Below, piece after piece: positions 14,533-23,921 of a stretch of DNA of 32,000 nucleotides. The notes below the pieces were generated by a model. It was not told the origin of the DNA. It made no database searches and saw only the letters and a list, made by a program, of their open reading frames with translations. The position numbers were made by a program, and so were the translations under genes. How positions within the stretch are numbered: the stretch's first letter is position 1; every line of letters starts with the position of its first letter. Source of the stretch: Candidatus Saccharimonadota bacterium (GTDB lineage: Bacteria > Patescibacteriota > Gracilibacteria > UBA4473); the NCBI GenBank assembly GCA_020632335.1, contig JACKFV010000001.1:598866-630865 (forward strand). The letters run 5' to 3'.

Positions 14533-15840
14533 CTAGCGGCGCTTGGCCACAATCTCTGCGTTCTTCTTCGGCTGCTTCACGGGTTTCTCTTGGGCCATCT
14601 GCCGGTGCACATACCACTGCTGCAGCGAGCCAAACACCGTACTGGTCAGCCAGTAGATGCCCACCGCAGCCGGTACCCCCGCGGTGAAGAACCCTATCAT
14701 CACCGGGAAGATCCACTGCATCATGCCCATCATATTGCTCATGTCGGGCATGCCCGTGGTGGCCTCTGGTGCGGTGGCTTTCTTCTTCTTGGCCCGGCCC
14801 ATGCTGATGCGGATATTCACCCACTGCGCCACCCCCACGATGATGGGCAGCACGTAGGGGTTTGGTCGCGTGAGGTCCAGCGTGAAGAAGTGGTTATTCA
14901 GCGCGCTGAGGTCTATGTACTGGAGGAAGCTATAGAGCCGGTCATGCAGGTGCGGCCCCAGCCCCTCCTGCACCATGTAGTAGAAGCCTATCAGCACCGG
15001 GAACTGCAGCAGGATCGGCAGGCAGCTACTCACCGGGCTGACGTTGTACTGCTTATAGAGTTCCATGGTTTTGAGTGCCAGTAGCTGCTGGTTGTCCTTA
15101 TACTGCTCCTGGAGCTGCTTCAGCTTGGGCTGGATTTCCTTCATGACCTCCTGACTGCGCATGGCCTTCTGGTTCGGGATGAAGAGCAGCAGTCGCACCG
15201 CGAGCGTCACCAGTACTATCCCCCAGCCAAAGCTCTTCCCCGGCAGGGTATTGCTCACCCACGCCAGCACGTTGAAGAGTGGCCGCGTGATGATGCTGCG
15301 GAAGACATTGCGGATGGCCCCGGGGGTTTTGATCGTCACGGGGGTGCTCTGTAGCGTCTCTACTGTGGGGCTGGCCCCCACGGTGTAGGGCAGCTGCAGC
15401 GTATACTGCCCCGCGGTGCCAAACATCGCTGTGTTGTACTCCGGTATGCTGAAGCGATGGCGCATCCCCGGGGTGAGCGTCACCGGCAGTGGGGGCACCT
15501 CGCCCTCGCATAGCGCCGTACTCATGAGCGGCTCGGTGCTCCCCAGGCTTACCTTCTCTATGGTGTAGCGGTCGTTACGGCTCCCGTCACAGGCCATCAC
15601 CAGCGTGATCTCTCCCTCGGTGCGGTTGCGTACCTCCCACAGCACCAGCTGTCCCTCACGGTAGGTGTCCTTGGCTGGGGTTAGGCTCACCACCGGGTCT
15701 GCGGCCGCCTCACGCTCTGCAGCGGGCTTCAGCCAGAACTGCTGCGCGAGGAAGATGACCCCGTACACCACCACAAAGGTGAGAAAGAACCGGCGGTTAA
15801 AGAGCTGGGAGAGAAAACTGGGTTGCGGAGCATCAGCCAT
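14533..15840 (-). CDS. yidC: membrane protein insertase YidC
   Basis: Start taken at ATG 15838-15840 (MADAPQ...); the track start is a TTG. The layout is an N-terminal TM, a periplasmic domain, and a conserved 5-TM core (KSFGWGIVLVTLAVRLLLFP, QPKLKQLQEQYK, YNVSPVSSCLPILLQFPVLIGFY). The basic C-terminus is KKNAEIVAKRR. Confidence 0.9.
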   Translation of the reverse strand: MADAPQPSFLSQLFNRRFFLTFVVVYGVIFLAQQFWLKPAAEREAAADPVVSLTPAKDTYREGQLVLWEVRNRTEGEITLVMACDGSRNDRYTIEKVSLGSTEPLMSTALCEGEVPPLPVTLTPGMRHRFSIPEYNTAMFGTAGQYTLQLPYTVGASPTVETLQSTPVTIKTPGAIRNVFRSIITRPLFNVLAWVSNTLPGKSFGWGIVLVTLAVRLLLFIPNQKAMRSQEVMKEIQPKLKQLQEQYKDNQQLLALKTMELYKQYNVSPVSSCLPILLQFPVLIGFYYMVQEGLGPHLHDRLYSFLQYIDLSALNNHFFTLDLTRPNPYVLPIIVGVAQWVNIRISMGRAKKKKATAPEATTGMPDMSNMMGMMQWIFPVMIGFFTAGVPAAVGIYWLTSTVFGSLQQWYVHRQMAQEKPVKQPKKNAEIVAKRR

Positions 15841-15943
15841 GCAGAGGAGCAAAAGAATACCCGTAGATAATGCTGAGGATCCTCATACTGTCAAACCAGA
15901 GCGATACACTTGCCAAGCCAGCGCCGTGCCCTACAGTGCGCCC

Positions 15944-16504
15944 ATGCTCAACCTCTCTGATATCAAGACCGGCAAAACCATCATTATGGACGACGAGCCC
16001 TATCGCATCACCTGGAACCAGTTCAGCAAGACCGCCCGCCAGGGAGGGGTGATGAAGACCAAGATGAAGAACCTCATCACGGGCAAGGTGGTGGAACAGA
16101 CCTTCCAGGGCAGTGACCGCGTAGAAGAGGCGGAGATCCAGTACCGTCGGGCGCAGTTCCTCTACCAGGCGGGGGAGCAATTTGACTTCATGGACCAAGA
16201 GAGCTTTGAGACCTTCCCCTTCACCGCGGAGCAGCTGGGTGACCAGGCTAACTACCTCAGCGAGGGGATAGATGTGGACATCCAGTACTTCAACGGCAAG
16301 CCGATCAACATCATGCTCCCGGCCAAGATGACCTTCCGCGTGGTGCAGTGCGAGCCGGGGGTAAAGGGAAACACCGCCACCGGAGCCACCAAAAACGCCA
16401 CCATCGAAACCGGCTATGAGATCAAAGTGCCGCTCTTTATTAACCAGGACGACCTGGTGGTGCTCAATACCCTCACCGGAGAGTACGTGGAGCGCGGTAA
16501 GTAG
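15944..16504 (+). CDS. efp: translation elongation factor P
   Basis: Start taken at ATG 15944 (MLNLSDIKTGKTIIMDDEPYRI...), giving 186 aa. This fits the typical EF-P length and its three-domain pattern. The tip-loop sequence is KTARQGG. Confidence 0.9.
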   Translation: MLNLSDIKTGKTIIMDDEPYRITWNQFSKTARQGGVMKTKMKNLITGKVVEQTFQGSDRVEEAEIQYRRAQFLYQAGEQFDFMDQESFETFPFTAEQLGDQANYLSEGIDVDIQYFNGKPINIMLPAKMTFRVVQCEPGVKGNTATGATKNATIETGYEIKVPLFINQDDLVVLNTLTGEYVERGK

Positions 16505-16511
16505 AGCTGCT

Positions 16512-16967
16512 CTACTGGCCTGGGTAGTGGAGGAAGAGCTCCACGCGAGTGAAGCGGGGGTCTGCCTCCCAGGCCGCCAGCAGCTTCTCTACCGTCTCGG
16601 GGCTGCTCTTTTGCAGTGTCATTACCTCCCGTCCGCCCGTCACAGTGGTGCCCATCAGCAGCACCACGCCGTTGCCCGTCAGGCTCATAGCGTCTGGCAG
16701 CGGCACCTGCCCCGCCGTGCAGATGCCCACCAGGGGCACCTCCTCCACCACAGGGGGAGTGACAGGCTCTGCTTTGGGGGCACTCCCCAGCATCACCTCG
16801 GGCTCCTCGGTTGTCTCCACCCGTGCTATGGGCCGCGCGGTGTCACTGGCCTGCCACTGGGTGAGCAGGCTATAGCCGCTCAGCAGCGCCAGCACAAAGG
16901 AGGGCAGCGCCACACCATAGCCAAAGCGTTCACGCGCTGTCATTGCCGGGAGGGGGAATCGAGCCAT
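16512..16967 (-). CDS. membrane-anchored hypothetical protein
   Basis: N-terminal TM YGVALPSFVLALLSGYSLL, a Pro/Glu-rich linker, and a ~70-aa C-terminal domain. No family recognised. Convergent with efp (7-nt gap). Confidence 0.5.
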   Translation of the reverse strand: MARFPLPAMTARERFGYGVALPSFVLALLSGYSLLTQWQASDTARPIARVETTEEPEVMLGSAPKAEPVTPPVVEEVPLVGICTAGQVPLPDAMSLTGNGVVLLMGTTVTGGREVMTLQKSSPETVEKLLAAWEADPRFTRVELFLHYPGQ

Positions 16968-17031
16968 CAGCTCATTCTACGCCCTGGCTGAGGGCATTGT
17001 CAAGAGACGCTTCCGGCAACGCTCTCCTCCT

Positions 17032-17090
17032 ACAAAAGCCCCTTGCGGGGCCTTTATAGGATTCCTAGGTGATGTGTCTCCGAAAGACAC
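17032..17090 (-). terminator. two hairpins downstream of hup; the distal one is a canonical rho-independent terminator
   Basis: The proximal hairpin is GTGTCT-ccgaa-AGACAC (17074-17090). The distal hairpin on the minus strand is GCCCC-gcaa-GGGGC (17038-17051) followed by TTTTG. Confidence 0.65.
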
Positions 17091-17092
17091 GG

Positions 17093-17377
17093 TTATTTTT
17101 TAACGGCGTCTTTTAGGTTTTTACCGGCTTTGAACCGTGGTACAGTCGTCGCAGGGATCTTGATCTTCTGCTCTGGTTTTTGTGGATTCACTCCTGTACG
17201 AGCTTTGCGCTCAGACACGAGGAAGGTACCAAAGCCAGTAATGGTCACAGATTCGCCATTCTGGAGCTGATCTGTAATGATATCCACCAGACCTTCGAGG
17301 ACGTCGCCAGCCAGCTTCTTTGTAGAGCCGGTACGGTGAGCCAGAGCGTCGATGAGGCTTCCTTTAGACATAGACAT
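17093..17377 (-). CDS. hup: DNA-binding protein HU
   Basis: ITGFGTFLVSERKARTGVNPQKPEQKIKIPATTVPRFKAGKNLKDAV matches the HU/IHF beta-arm signature. Confidence 0.92.
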   Translation of the reverse strand: MSMSKGSLIDALAHRTGSTKKLAGDVLEGLVDIITDQLQNGESVTITGFGTFLVSERKARTGVNPQKPEQKIKIPATTVPRFKAGKNLKDAVKK

Positions 17378-17485
17378 GAGAAAGGGTGATTAGAAATAAA
17401 ACCTATCTACCCCCATCTTTAGCCATCATATTCCTTTATGCAAGCGGTTTCATGCCATATTACCCTTGACGAGTGCTGAAAATCA

Positions 17486-18400
17486 TTAGGAAGAGAAATA
17501 TGCCGTTACTCGGTCCCAGAGGGTCTCTGGCTCTTTATTCGCCTCTGCTGACTGCTCTGCGGTGGTGGCTACTACGGGCTTCTTATACTCGGGGAAGTCC
17601 CGCCGTGGGGTGCCGTCTTCGTCATAGAGGCTGGGGTAGCGGTCACGCATCATGGCCGAGTAACTGGCCCGCGTGATGCCGTTTTCCTCACTATACTGTG
17701 CCCAGAGCCGGTTGTTCTCGTACGCGCTGCCACCCTTGGGGTAGATCACCTCGTGCATGCCTCGCCGCCCAGCGCTGGAGGCCGCCACCACGGCATAGAG
17801 GTCTCCGGGGGTCTCATACCCTCCTTTGGGCATGTGCAGATGCCAGTACTGCTCTACGTAGTCCAGTTGCTCCACGGGCCCCAGTGCTCGTAGCGCCTCT
17901 GGGGTGATCTGCAGCTCCTTCGCGGCGGCCTTGCCTATCTGGATATAGCCGTAGTAGCCGCCATTATTCCCGATGTCATGCCGCATCGTCCCCGCCGTTT
18001 CTATATGGAAGGTATGCAGCACCCACTCCTCCGGCACGCCAATACTCGCTGCTACGCTGGCTACCTTGGCCTGTACCTCAGGGCTGGCTATGGCATGCCA
18101 GGTCTTCACCACATCCCCGTTGAACTTCGCCTTGGCGATTTTCTCAAATACTCTCCCTCCTATGTGCTCCCCTTTACGGATATCCTGGCACTCCTGCTCT
18201 ATCTGCTCTTGCGTGTAGCCCTCCTCCACCAGCTCCGCCGTCACGGTATTGTACGTCTCTTCCCCCAGCAGTTTCTTGAAGAAAAAATCTGTCAGGACTT
18301 CTTGCAGGTAGTTCGTCAGCGCACTCGGTCGCTCTACTGCTGCAGCAGGCGCCTCCTCGTGAGAAGCAATAGCCAGTGATTCCGGTACATTATCAGTCAT
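17486..18400 (-). CDS. lytic transglycosylase / lysozyme-like (SLT-type) domain protein, no signal peptide
   Basis: Start taken at ATG 18398-18400 (MTDNVPES...), 10 nt after the upstream stop. SLT-like catalytic region FHIETAGTMRHDIGNNGGYYGYIQIGKAAAKEL (E-S/T ... G-L/Y-x-Q). The C-terminus is ETLWDRVTAYFSS. Confidence 0.6.
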   Translation of the reverse strand: MTDNVPESLAIASHEEAPAAAVERPSALTNYLQEVLTDFFFKKLLGEETYNTVTAELVEEGYTQEQIEQECQDIRKGEHIGGRVFEKIAKAKFNGDVVKTWHAIASPEVQAKVASVAASIGVPEEWVLHTFHIETAGTMRHDIGNNGGYYGYIQIGKAAAKELQITPEALRALGPVEQLDYVEQYWHLHMPKGGYETPGDLYAVVAASSAGRRGMHEVIYPKGGSAYENNRLWAQYSEENGITRASYSAMMRDRYPSLYDEDGTPRRDFPEYKKPVVATTAEQSAEANKEPETLWDRVTAYFSS

Positions 18401-18410
18401 AGAGAGGAGA

Positions 18411-19511
18411 TTAAGAAGCAAACCAAGAAGACACCCGTTCGAGGAAACCCTCAGCCGTGGCAGCATCAGCGGCTTGCTGTGCCGCCTGCTGCTCTCGCTC
18501 TCGGGCAGCTGCTTGCTCCCGGCGCTCCCCCAGGGTGTACATGTAGGGCGTCGGGTCTATGTGCTGGTTCCGCTTACTGCTTGTCCGCTGTGAGACATCA
18601 TCTACCAGAAAGAAGCGGAAGTCCAGATGCGCCCCAGTACTCCGGCCGGTATTCCCCAGCGTCCCCAAGACCGTCATGGTGTCTACCCGGTCTCCTGCCC
18701 GCAGCTCTGGGGTTATTTTATCCAGATGCGAGTAGTACGCGGTGACGTACTGGGCGCTCTCCTGCCCATTCTCGTCAGTACAGCGCGAGACGCAGTAGCG
18801 CACCTTCACGCAGTTGCCCGCACCGCCTGGCTGAGAGAATACTTGTTCCACCAGCCCTGGCCCCATGGCGACAATAGGGTAGCCCTCCTTCCCCGCTTCC
18901 ACCGCAAAATCCATCCCCTCATGGAAGTCATGCCCTCCAAATACTGTACGATTCCCATAGCCCGAGGTAGTGCGGATACCATGCTCCTGTCGATTCTCCT
19001 TAATAGGATTCCGCTCCAGGGGCTGCATATCCATATCCATAATGGGAATAAACCAGCCATCTAGCGGCACCACTGGCAACTCCAGTGACTGCTCCGTGAG
19101 CTCCTTCTGGCTCATGGGCAGGGTGTTGAGGCGCTGCGAGGCACTGGTATTCGTCATCTGCTGCAGCACTTCCTTCCCGCAAGTCTTATAGACCTCCATA
19201 GCCTGCGTCGGGCTCATCTGCTGCACATACTGCTGCACAGAGGGATTGGCGCCCTCCGTAGCAGATACCCAGCCCAGTTTCTCCAGCACTGCTTGCATCA
19301 GCATCCCTGCCCAGTTCTCTCGCACCCACTCCGTAACCCCCTGCTCTGTACGATCCCCCCCATCATAGTAGGCATCGCCAGGCCGCTCCAGACCATCTCG
19401 AGGAGCTCCCATCCCTGCCGCGAGCACCTCAGCCATAGTGGGCTCTGAGGGCATATCTGGCGTATCGGTATTACGATGAGAGAAGGATTCTATCCCCATA
19501 AGAGAGCGCAT
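18411..19511 (-). CDS. M23-family peptidase domain protein, no signal peptide
   Basis: HEGMDF (HxxxD), YYSHLD and GNTGRSTGAHLDFRF (variant of the GxTGxSTGPHLHFE block). One of the few genes here with an SD-like AAGGAG upstream of the ATG. The C-terminus is EGFLERVSSWFAS. Confidence 0.75.
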   Translation of the reverse strand: MRSLMGIESFSHRNTDTPDMPSEPTMAEVLAAGMGAPRDGLERPGDAYYDGGDRTEQGVTEWVRENWAGMLMQAVLEKLGWVSATEGANPSVQQYVQQMSPTQAMEVYKTCGKEVLQQMTNTSASQRLNTLPMSQKELTEQSLELPVVPLDGWFIPIMDMDMQPLERNPIKENRQEHGIRTTSGYGNRTVFGGHDFHEGMDFAVEAGKEGYPIVAMGPGLVEQVFSQPGGAGNCVKVRYCVSRCTDENGQESAQYVTAYYSHLDKITPELRAGDRVDTMTVLGTLGNTGRSTGAHLDFRFFLVDDVSQRTSSKRNQHIDPTPYMYTLGERREQAAAREREQQAAQQAADAATAEGFLERVSSWFAS

Positions 19512-19567
19512 AATCTCCTTATTTATGCCACAAAGCAGCCCGTATCGTCAAGTTCCTGCGCGAGAGT

Positions 19568-19596
19568 TTGACACCCGTCATCACCTCCGCTACGCT
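19568..19596 (+). promoter_or_regulatory. sigma70-like promoter for uvrA (TTGACA-17 nt-TACGCT)
   Basis: TTGACA at 19568-19573, a 17-nt spacer, TACGCT at 19591-19596. Confidence 0.5.
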
Positions 19597-19643
19597 CAGA
19601 GCACGCGCTCGAGCTCGGGCGAGTTTTTGTAGTTCTTCTCTGC

Positions 19644-22559
19644 ATGTCTAACGCTCATATTGCCGTCCGCGGTGCTCGTATGCACAACCTCCAGAATATC
19701 GACGTGGATATTCCTCGAGACCAGCTTACCGTCGTCACGGGGGTGAGCGGGAGCGGCAAGAGCTCGCTGGCGTTTGACACCATCTACGCCGAGGGGCAGC
19801 GCCGCTACGTTGAGAGCCTGAGCACCTATGCGCGGCAGTTCCTCCAGCTGCAGCAGAAGACCGAAGTCGATAGCATCGACGGCCTCTCACCCGCTATCTC
19901 TATCGACCAAAAAACCGCCCCCCGTAACCCCCGCTCTACCGTGGGCACGGTGACGGAAATGTACGACTACCTGCGGCTGCTCTTTGCCAAGGTGGGCATA
20001 CCCGTGAACCCCGAGAACGGCCGCGAACTCATCAGCCAGAGCCCCCAAGATATCTTAGACGCTATAGACTACTGGGACGACGGCGAGAAATATATGGTGC
20101 TGGCGCCACTAGTGCGGGGGAAGAAAGGCGAGCACAAGCACCTCATAGAGCGCGCGCAGAAGGCCGGGTTTGTCCGCCTGCGGGTAGACGGAGAGCTGCG
20201 CATTATCACCGAGGATATCGAGCTGAACCCCAAGCAAAAGCACACCATAGAGGTAGTGGTAGACCGCCTGGTGAAGGCCCCCTACGCTAAGCAGACCGAG
20301 ACGCTGAGCGACGGCCAGGTGATAGAAAAACCCAATGACGAGCGCATGCGCGTGCTGGATAGCATCGAGACAGCGCTGCGGTTTGGCGACGGGATTATGC
20401 TCCTGCACCGGCTGAGCGACGGCACGGACCACCTCTTCTCGGAGCTGCTGAGCGACCCCGACACCGGCTTCTCCTTCCCTCCGCTGGAGCCCCGGCTCTT
20501 CAGCTTCAACTCGCCCCACGGCTGCTGCCCGCAGTGCCATGGCCTGGGGTACCGGCTGGAGGTCGACATCGAGTCGGCCATCAACCCTAATCTCTCCATT
20601 CGGGAGGGGGGGATCCTCCCCTGGGGCAGCCTGGGCACCAACGTGCTGCGCTGGTACCAGAGCGTGCTGCAGGCGGTGGGAGAGGTCTATGGATTCAGCA
20701 TAGACGAGCCCATCAGTAAGATAAAACCCGAGGTGCTGCAGCGCCTCTTTGACGGCTTTGGTGAGGAGGAATTCAGCGTCAGCTTGCGCGGGCAGTTCCG
20801 TGGTAAGGTGACCAAAACCACCTTCCCTGGCATCAGCCAGCAGACCGAGCAGCGGTACAACGAGAGCGATAGTGACTATATGCGCAAGAAGCTGGAGCAG
20901 TTTATGCAAGAGCAGCAGTGTGCGGTGTGCGACGGCACGCGGCTGAACGACTATGCCCGCAGTGTCTACCTGCCGCCAGACCTCAGTAAGAAGCAGCATA
21001 AGGATCTCCGCGCTGAGGGGATCAACCTGCCCAGCGTGGTGCGCATGAGCGTACCGGACTGCAAGGCCTGGGTAGAGCGACTCAACCCCACCCCAGCCAA
21101 TGAGCGGATCCTCAATCCCATCAAGAAGGAACTCATCGAGCGCCTGGGCTTCCTCGAGAACGTAGGCCTGGGCTACCTCACACTCAGCCGCACGGCTAAT
21201 ACCCTCAGTGGTGGGGAGGCCCAGCGTATACGCCTGGCTACGCAGATAGGATCGCACCTGCAGGGCGTGCTGTACGTACTGGACGAGCCCAGCATCGGCC
21301 TGCACCAGCGCGACAACCAGCGGCTCATCACCACGCTGCACCACCTGCGAGATCTGGGGAATACCGTGATTGTGGTAGAGCACGATGAGGACACCATGCG
21401 CAGCGCCGACTACCTCATAGAGATAGGGCCCAAGAGCGGCCAGTACGGTGGCCAGCTGGTCTATAGCGGTACGCTGGAGGCTATGGAACAGAGCCACACC
21501 GAGACAGCTGACTACCTCTTTGGCCGGAAAAAAATCGCGGTGCCAAAGACCCGACGCAAGCCCGTAGGCCAGCTGAAGATCCGTGGTGCCACCGAGAATA
21601 ACCTGCAGGACGTCGATGTCGACATCCCCCTGGGGGTACTGGTGGGCGTCACGGGGGTGAGCGGCAGCGGGAAGAGCAGCCTCATCAACCGCATCTTGGT
21701 GCCTACCCTGGCCAACGAGCTCAACCGCGCCAGCCGCCCCGTGGGCAAGCACACGAAGATCACCGGGGTCGAGCAGCTGGATAAGCTCATCTCTATAGAC
21801 CAGAGCGCTATTGGGCGTACTCCGCGTTCCAACCCCGCCACGTATACCAAGATCTTCGACGACATTCGTACCATCTTCGCCGGCACCTCAGATGCCCGTG
21901 TGCGGGGCTACCAGGCCGGGAGATTTAGTTTTAACGTGAAGGGAGGCCGCTGCGAATCCTGCAAGGGTGATGGCCTGAAGAAGATAGAGATGCACTTCCT
22001 CCCGGACGTCTACGTACCGTGCGAGACCTGTAACGGCAAGCGCTACAATAGTGAGACGCTGGAGATTCTCTACCGCGGGCTGAGCATCTATGACGTGCTG
22101 GAGCTCAGTATAGATGAGGCCGTGAAGTTCTTTGAGCACTTGCCCAAGCTGCACGAGAAGCTGGAGATGATGCAAGACGTAGGCCTGGGGTACATCACCC
22201 TGGGGCAGAGCGCCACGACGCTCTCTGGTGGGGAGGCCCAGCGGGTCAAACTCGCGAACCAGCTCATCCGCAAGGCCACCGGCCAGACCATGTACATCCT
22301 GGACGAGCCCACCACGGGCCTGCACTTCTCAGACGTAGCGAAGCTGCTGAAGGTCCTCCAGCGCCTGGTAGATATGGGCAATAGCGTGCTGGTGATAGAG
22401 CACAACCTGGACGTCATCAAGTGCTGCGATAGCCTCATAGACCTGGGGCCGGAGGGCGGGTCTGGCGGCGGGCACGTGGTGGCTACCGGCACCCCAGAGC
22501 AGGTGGCCAGCGTAGAGGGCAGCTACACCGGGCAATTCCTGAAGGGCATGCTGGGGTAA
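19644..22559 (+). CDS. uvrA: excinuclease ABC subunit A
   Basis: 971 aa with two ABC ATPase modules (GVSGSGKSS twice, LSGGEAQR twice, [11 protein letters not shown]). Zinc-finger cysteines are present ([32 protein letters not shown]). Confidence 0.97.
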   Translation: MSNAHIAVRGARMHNLQNIDVDIPRDQLTVVTGVSGSGKSSLAFDTIYAEGQRRYVESLSTYARQFLQLQQKTEVDSIDGLSPAISIDQKTAPRNPRSTVGTVTEMYDYLRLLFAKVGIPVNPENGRELISQSPQDILDAIDYWDDGEKYMVLAPLVRGKKGEHKHLIERAQKAGFVRLRVDGELRIITEDIELNPKQKHTIEVVVDRLVKAPYAKQTETLSDGQVIEKPNDERMRVLDSIETALRFGDGIMLLHRLSDGTDHLFSELLSDPDTGFSFPPLEPRLFSFNSPHGCCPQCHGLGYRLEVDIESAINPNLSIREGGILPWGSLGTNVLRWYQSVLQAVGEVYGFSIDEPISKIKPEVLQRLFDGFGEEEFSVSLRGQFRGKVTKTTFPGISQQTEQRYNESDSDYMRKKLEQFMQEQQCAVCDGTRLNDYARSVYLPPDLSKKQHKDLRAEGINLPSVVRMSVPDCKAWVERLNPTPANERILNPIKKELIERLGFLENVGLGYLTLSRTANTLSGGEAQRIRLATQIGSHLQGVLYVLDEPSIGLHQRDNQRLITTLHHLRDLGNTVIVVEHDEDTMRSADYLIEIGPKSGQYGGQLVYSGTLEAMEQSHTETADYLFGRKKIAVPKTRRKPVGQLKIRGATENNLQDVDVDIPLGVLVGVTGVSGSGKSSLINRILVPTLANELNRASRPVGKHTKITGVEQLDKLISIDQSAIGRTPRSNPATYTKIFDDIRTIFAGTSDARVRGYQAGRFSFNVKGGRCESCKGDGLKKIEMHFLPDVYVPCETCNGKRYNSETLEILYRGLSIYDVLELSIDEAVKFFEHLPKLHEKLEMMQDVGLGYITLGQSATTLSGGEAQRVKLANQLIRKATGQTMYILDEPTTGLHFSDVAKLLKVLQRLVDMGNSVLVIEHNLDVIKCCDSLIDLGPEGGSGGGHVVATGTPEQVASVEGSYTGQFLKGMLG

Positions 22560-22656
22560 ATTCCCCCTCCATTTGCTTGCCATCTGCCGAAGATATGGTA
22601 GAAAGCACTTGTCTGCTGGGGTTTTATTCTGGGACCCCGCGGCAATTCTTTTATAG

Positions 22657-22670
22657 TTCGAGACACCTCT
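22657..22670. repeat. left copy of a perfect 14-bp inverted repeat (TTCGAGACACCTCT)
   Basis: It is the exact reverse complement of 23238-23251. Followed by a T8 run. Confidence 0.9.
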
Positions 22671-22732
22671 GTTTTTTTTATCACCTTTTAAAAAAATCCT
22701 GAGCCTTACCGGCTGAGGTAAATGAAAATTGT

Positions 22733-23197
22733 ATGAAAAGATATTTATTTTTGATTGTTGTCGTGATATTCATGATGGCAAGTATGGGCTGTGGTGGTAT
22801 TGATGATACCTCTGCCCCTGGAGAGAAAAAACGCTATTCTGCCATTCACGAAACCAGCGTAATCCCTGTATTGCCAGCTGTGATAGCAGTAGATGCTACC
22901 ACAGCTACAGCGGAATATCCCCCCTTTGACGAATACAATGCCACATTACTGGGGGTTATTGGGCCTAACAACTGTCCTATGAACATGTACCCTAACTTGC
23001 AAGCTTGGTTAACATTAGCGCAAGAATATGGTTGGCAAGTAAAGGAACAGTATTCTGATGCCCTTAGGCAGGATATTACGAATATCAGCGTTCCGGCCGG
23101 AACGCAGGTATTTAAAACTTATACAGGGGCTTTTTGGCTTGAATTGACTGGTGATGAGGGATATATACTCCTGGACTTACCGCCGGACCCCGGCTAA
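22733..23197 (+). CDS. lipoprotein, function unknown (AT-rich islet bracketed by the inverted repeat)
   Basis: MKRYLFLIVVVIFMMASMG-C (signal peptide plus lipobox). No family recognised. Confidence 0.6.
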   Translation: MKRYLFLIVVVIFMMASMGCGGIDDTSAPGEKKRYSAIHETSVIPVLPAVIAVDATTATAEYPPFDEYNATLLGVIGPNNCPMNMYPNLQAWLTLAQEYGWQVKEQYSDALRQDITNISVPAGTQVFKTYTGAFWLELTGDEGYILLDLPPDPG

Positions 23198-23237
23198 CTA
23201 AGCCCCTTAATTATTACTTTATAAAAATATTCTGAGG

Positions 23238-23251
23238 AGAGGTGTCTCGAA
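23238..23251. repeat. right copy of the perfect 14-bp inverted repeat (AGAGGTGTCTCGAA)
   Basis: It is the exact reverse complement of 22657-22670. Followed by TATTTTT. Confidence 0.9.
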
Positions 23252-23266
23252 TATTTTTAGCGTTGG

Positions 23267-23893
23267 CTAGTCGTGCTCTGCCAGACCACTGTAGCAGAGC
23301 GCCGAGACGTCCTTACGCGGTAGGGGGGGCTCGGTTTTTTCGGGGTCTGCGGTGCCCACCGCCACCATGAGGCCAAAGAGATAGCGCTCAGGGAGCTGCA
23401 GTATGGCACGCACTCGTGGCTGCGAGAAGCCCATCATGGGGCAGCTAGCATAGCCGGCGTCCTCCACCGCCAGTAAGAAGCTCATACTCGCCATGGCCGC
23501 TGCCCGCAGCGTCATCTCGCGCACCTGCGCCTCGGGGCGTTCTTTCTCCAGGCTGGCCTGCAGGCTCTGCAACTGCGCGTCGCTCAGGCCCCGTATTTCT
23601 CGCCACTGGCGGAGGATACGCGCCTTCTCGGCCCGCTGCCAGTGCATATCTCCGAGGATAAATACCACACTCCCGGCCTCCGTAATGTGCGACTGGTCAT
23701 GCGCTGCGGCCTGCACGGCTGCCAGTACCGCCGGGTCCGTCACGAGGAGGAAGCGCCACGGCTGCGCGTTATACCCACTGGGGGTGTGGGCCACCACGCG
23801 GAGGAGGGCCTCATACGCGGTCTGCGTCAGCCCCCCACCGGGGAGGAAATGATGTACCGCTCGCCGCGTTTGCATCAGGGTAGGGAAGTCCAT
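23267..23893 (-). CDS. nitroreductase family protein
   Basis: Start taken at ATG 23891-23893 (MDFPTLMQTRRAVHHF...); the track start is a TTG. The N-terminal pattern RRAVHHF...HTPSGYNAQPWRFLLV is classic for nitroreductases. Confidence 0.8.
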   Translation of the reverse strand: MDFPTLMQTRRAVHHFLPGGGLTQTAYEALLRVVAHTPSGYNAQPWRFLLVTDPAVLAAVQAAAHDQSHITEAGSVVFILGDMHWQRAEKARILRQWREIRGLSDAQLQSLQASLEKERPEAQVREMTLRAAAMASMSFLLAVEDAGYASCPMMGFSQPRVRAILQLPERYLFGLMVAVGTADPEKTEPPLPRKDVSALCYSGLAEHD

Positions 23894-23921
23894 AGGCCTC
23901 ACTCTAGGTATTGTTTGCTGC

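Noticed and set aside
17074-17090. Recurring GTGTCT/AGACAC strings (5250-5266, 6209-6216, 17074-17090, 18426-18440, 22660-22668, 23241-23249) as a possible dispersed repeat family
   Set aside because: Apart from the exact 14-bp pair at 22657/23238, the shared core is only 6-7 nt and the flanks do not align. That is too short to separate from chance without a genome-wide count.
19597-19643. SOS (LexA) operator upstream of uvrA
   Set aside because: No CTGT-N8-ACAG or GAAC-N4-GTTC type palindrome is present. The only palindromic sequence is a GC-rich CTCGAGCTCG stretch, which matches no LexA box I know.
20109-21752. 547-aa ORF on the minus strand, entirely inside uvrA
   Set aside because: It is antisense to a full-length, motif-complete uvrA. 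Its composition is Ala/Gly/Leu/Val/Arg-rich, as expected for the reverse frame of GC-rich coding DNA, and it has no recognisable motifs.
22611-22645. Terminator for uvrA (GGGGT-loop-ACCCC)
   Set aside because: The stem is only 5-6 bp with an 11-nt loop, and no adjacent T-run follows. It is not convincing enough to list as a feature.
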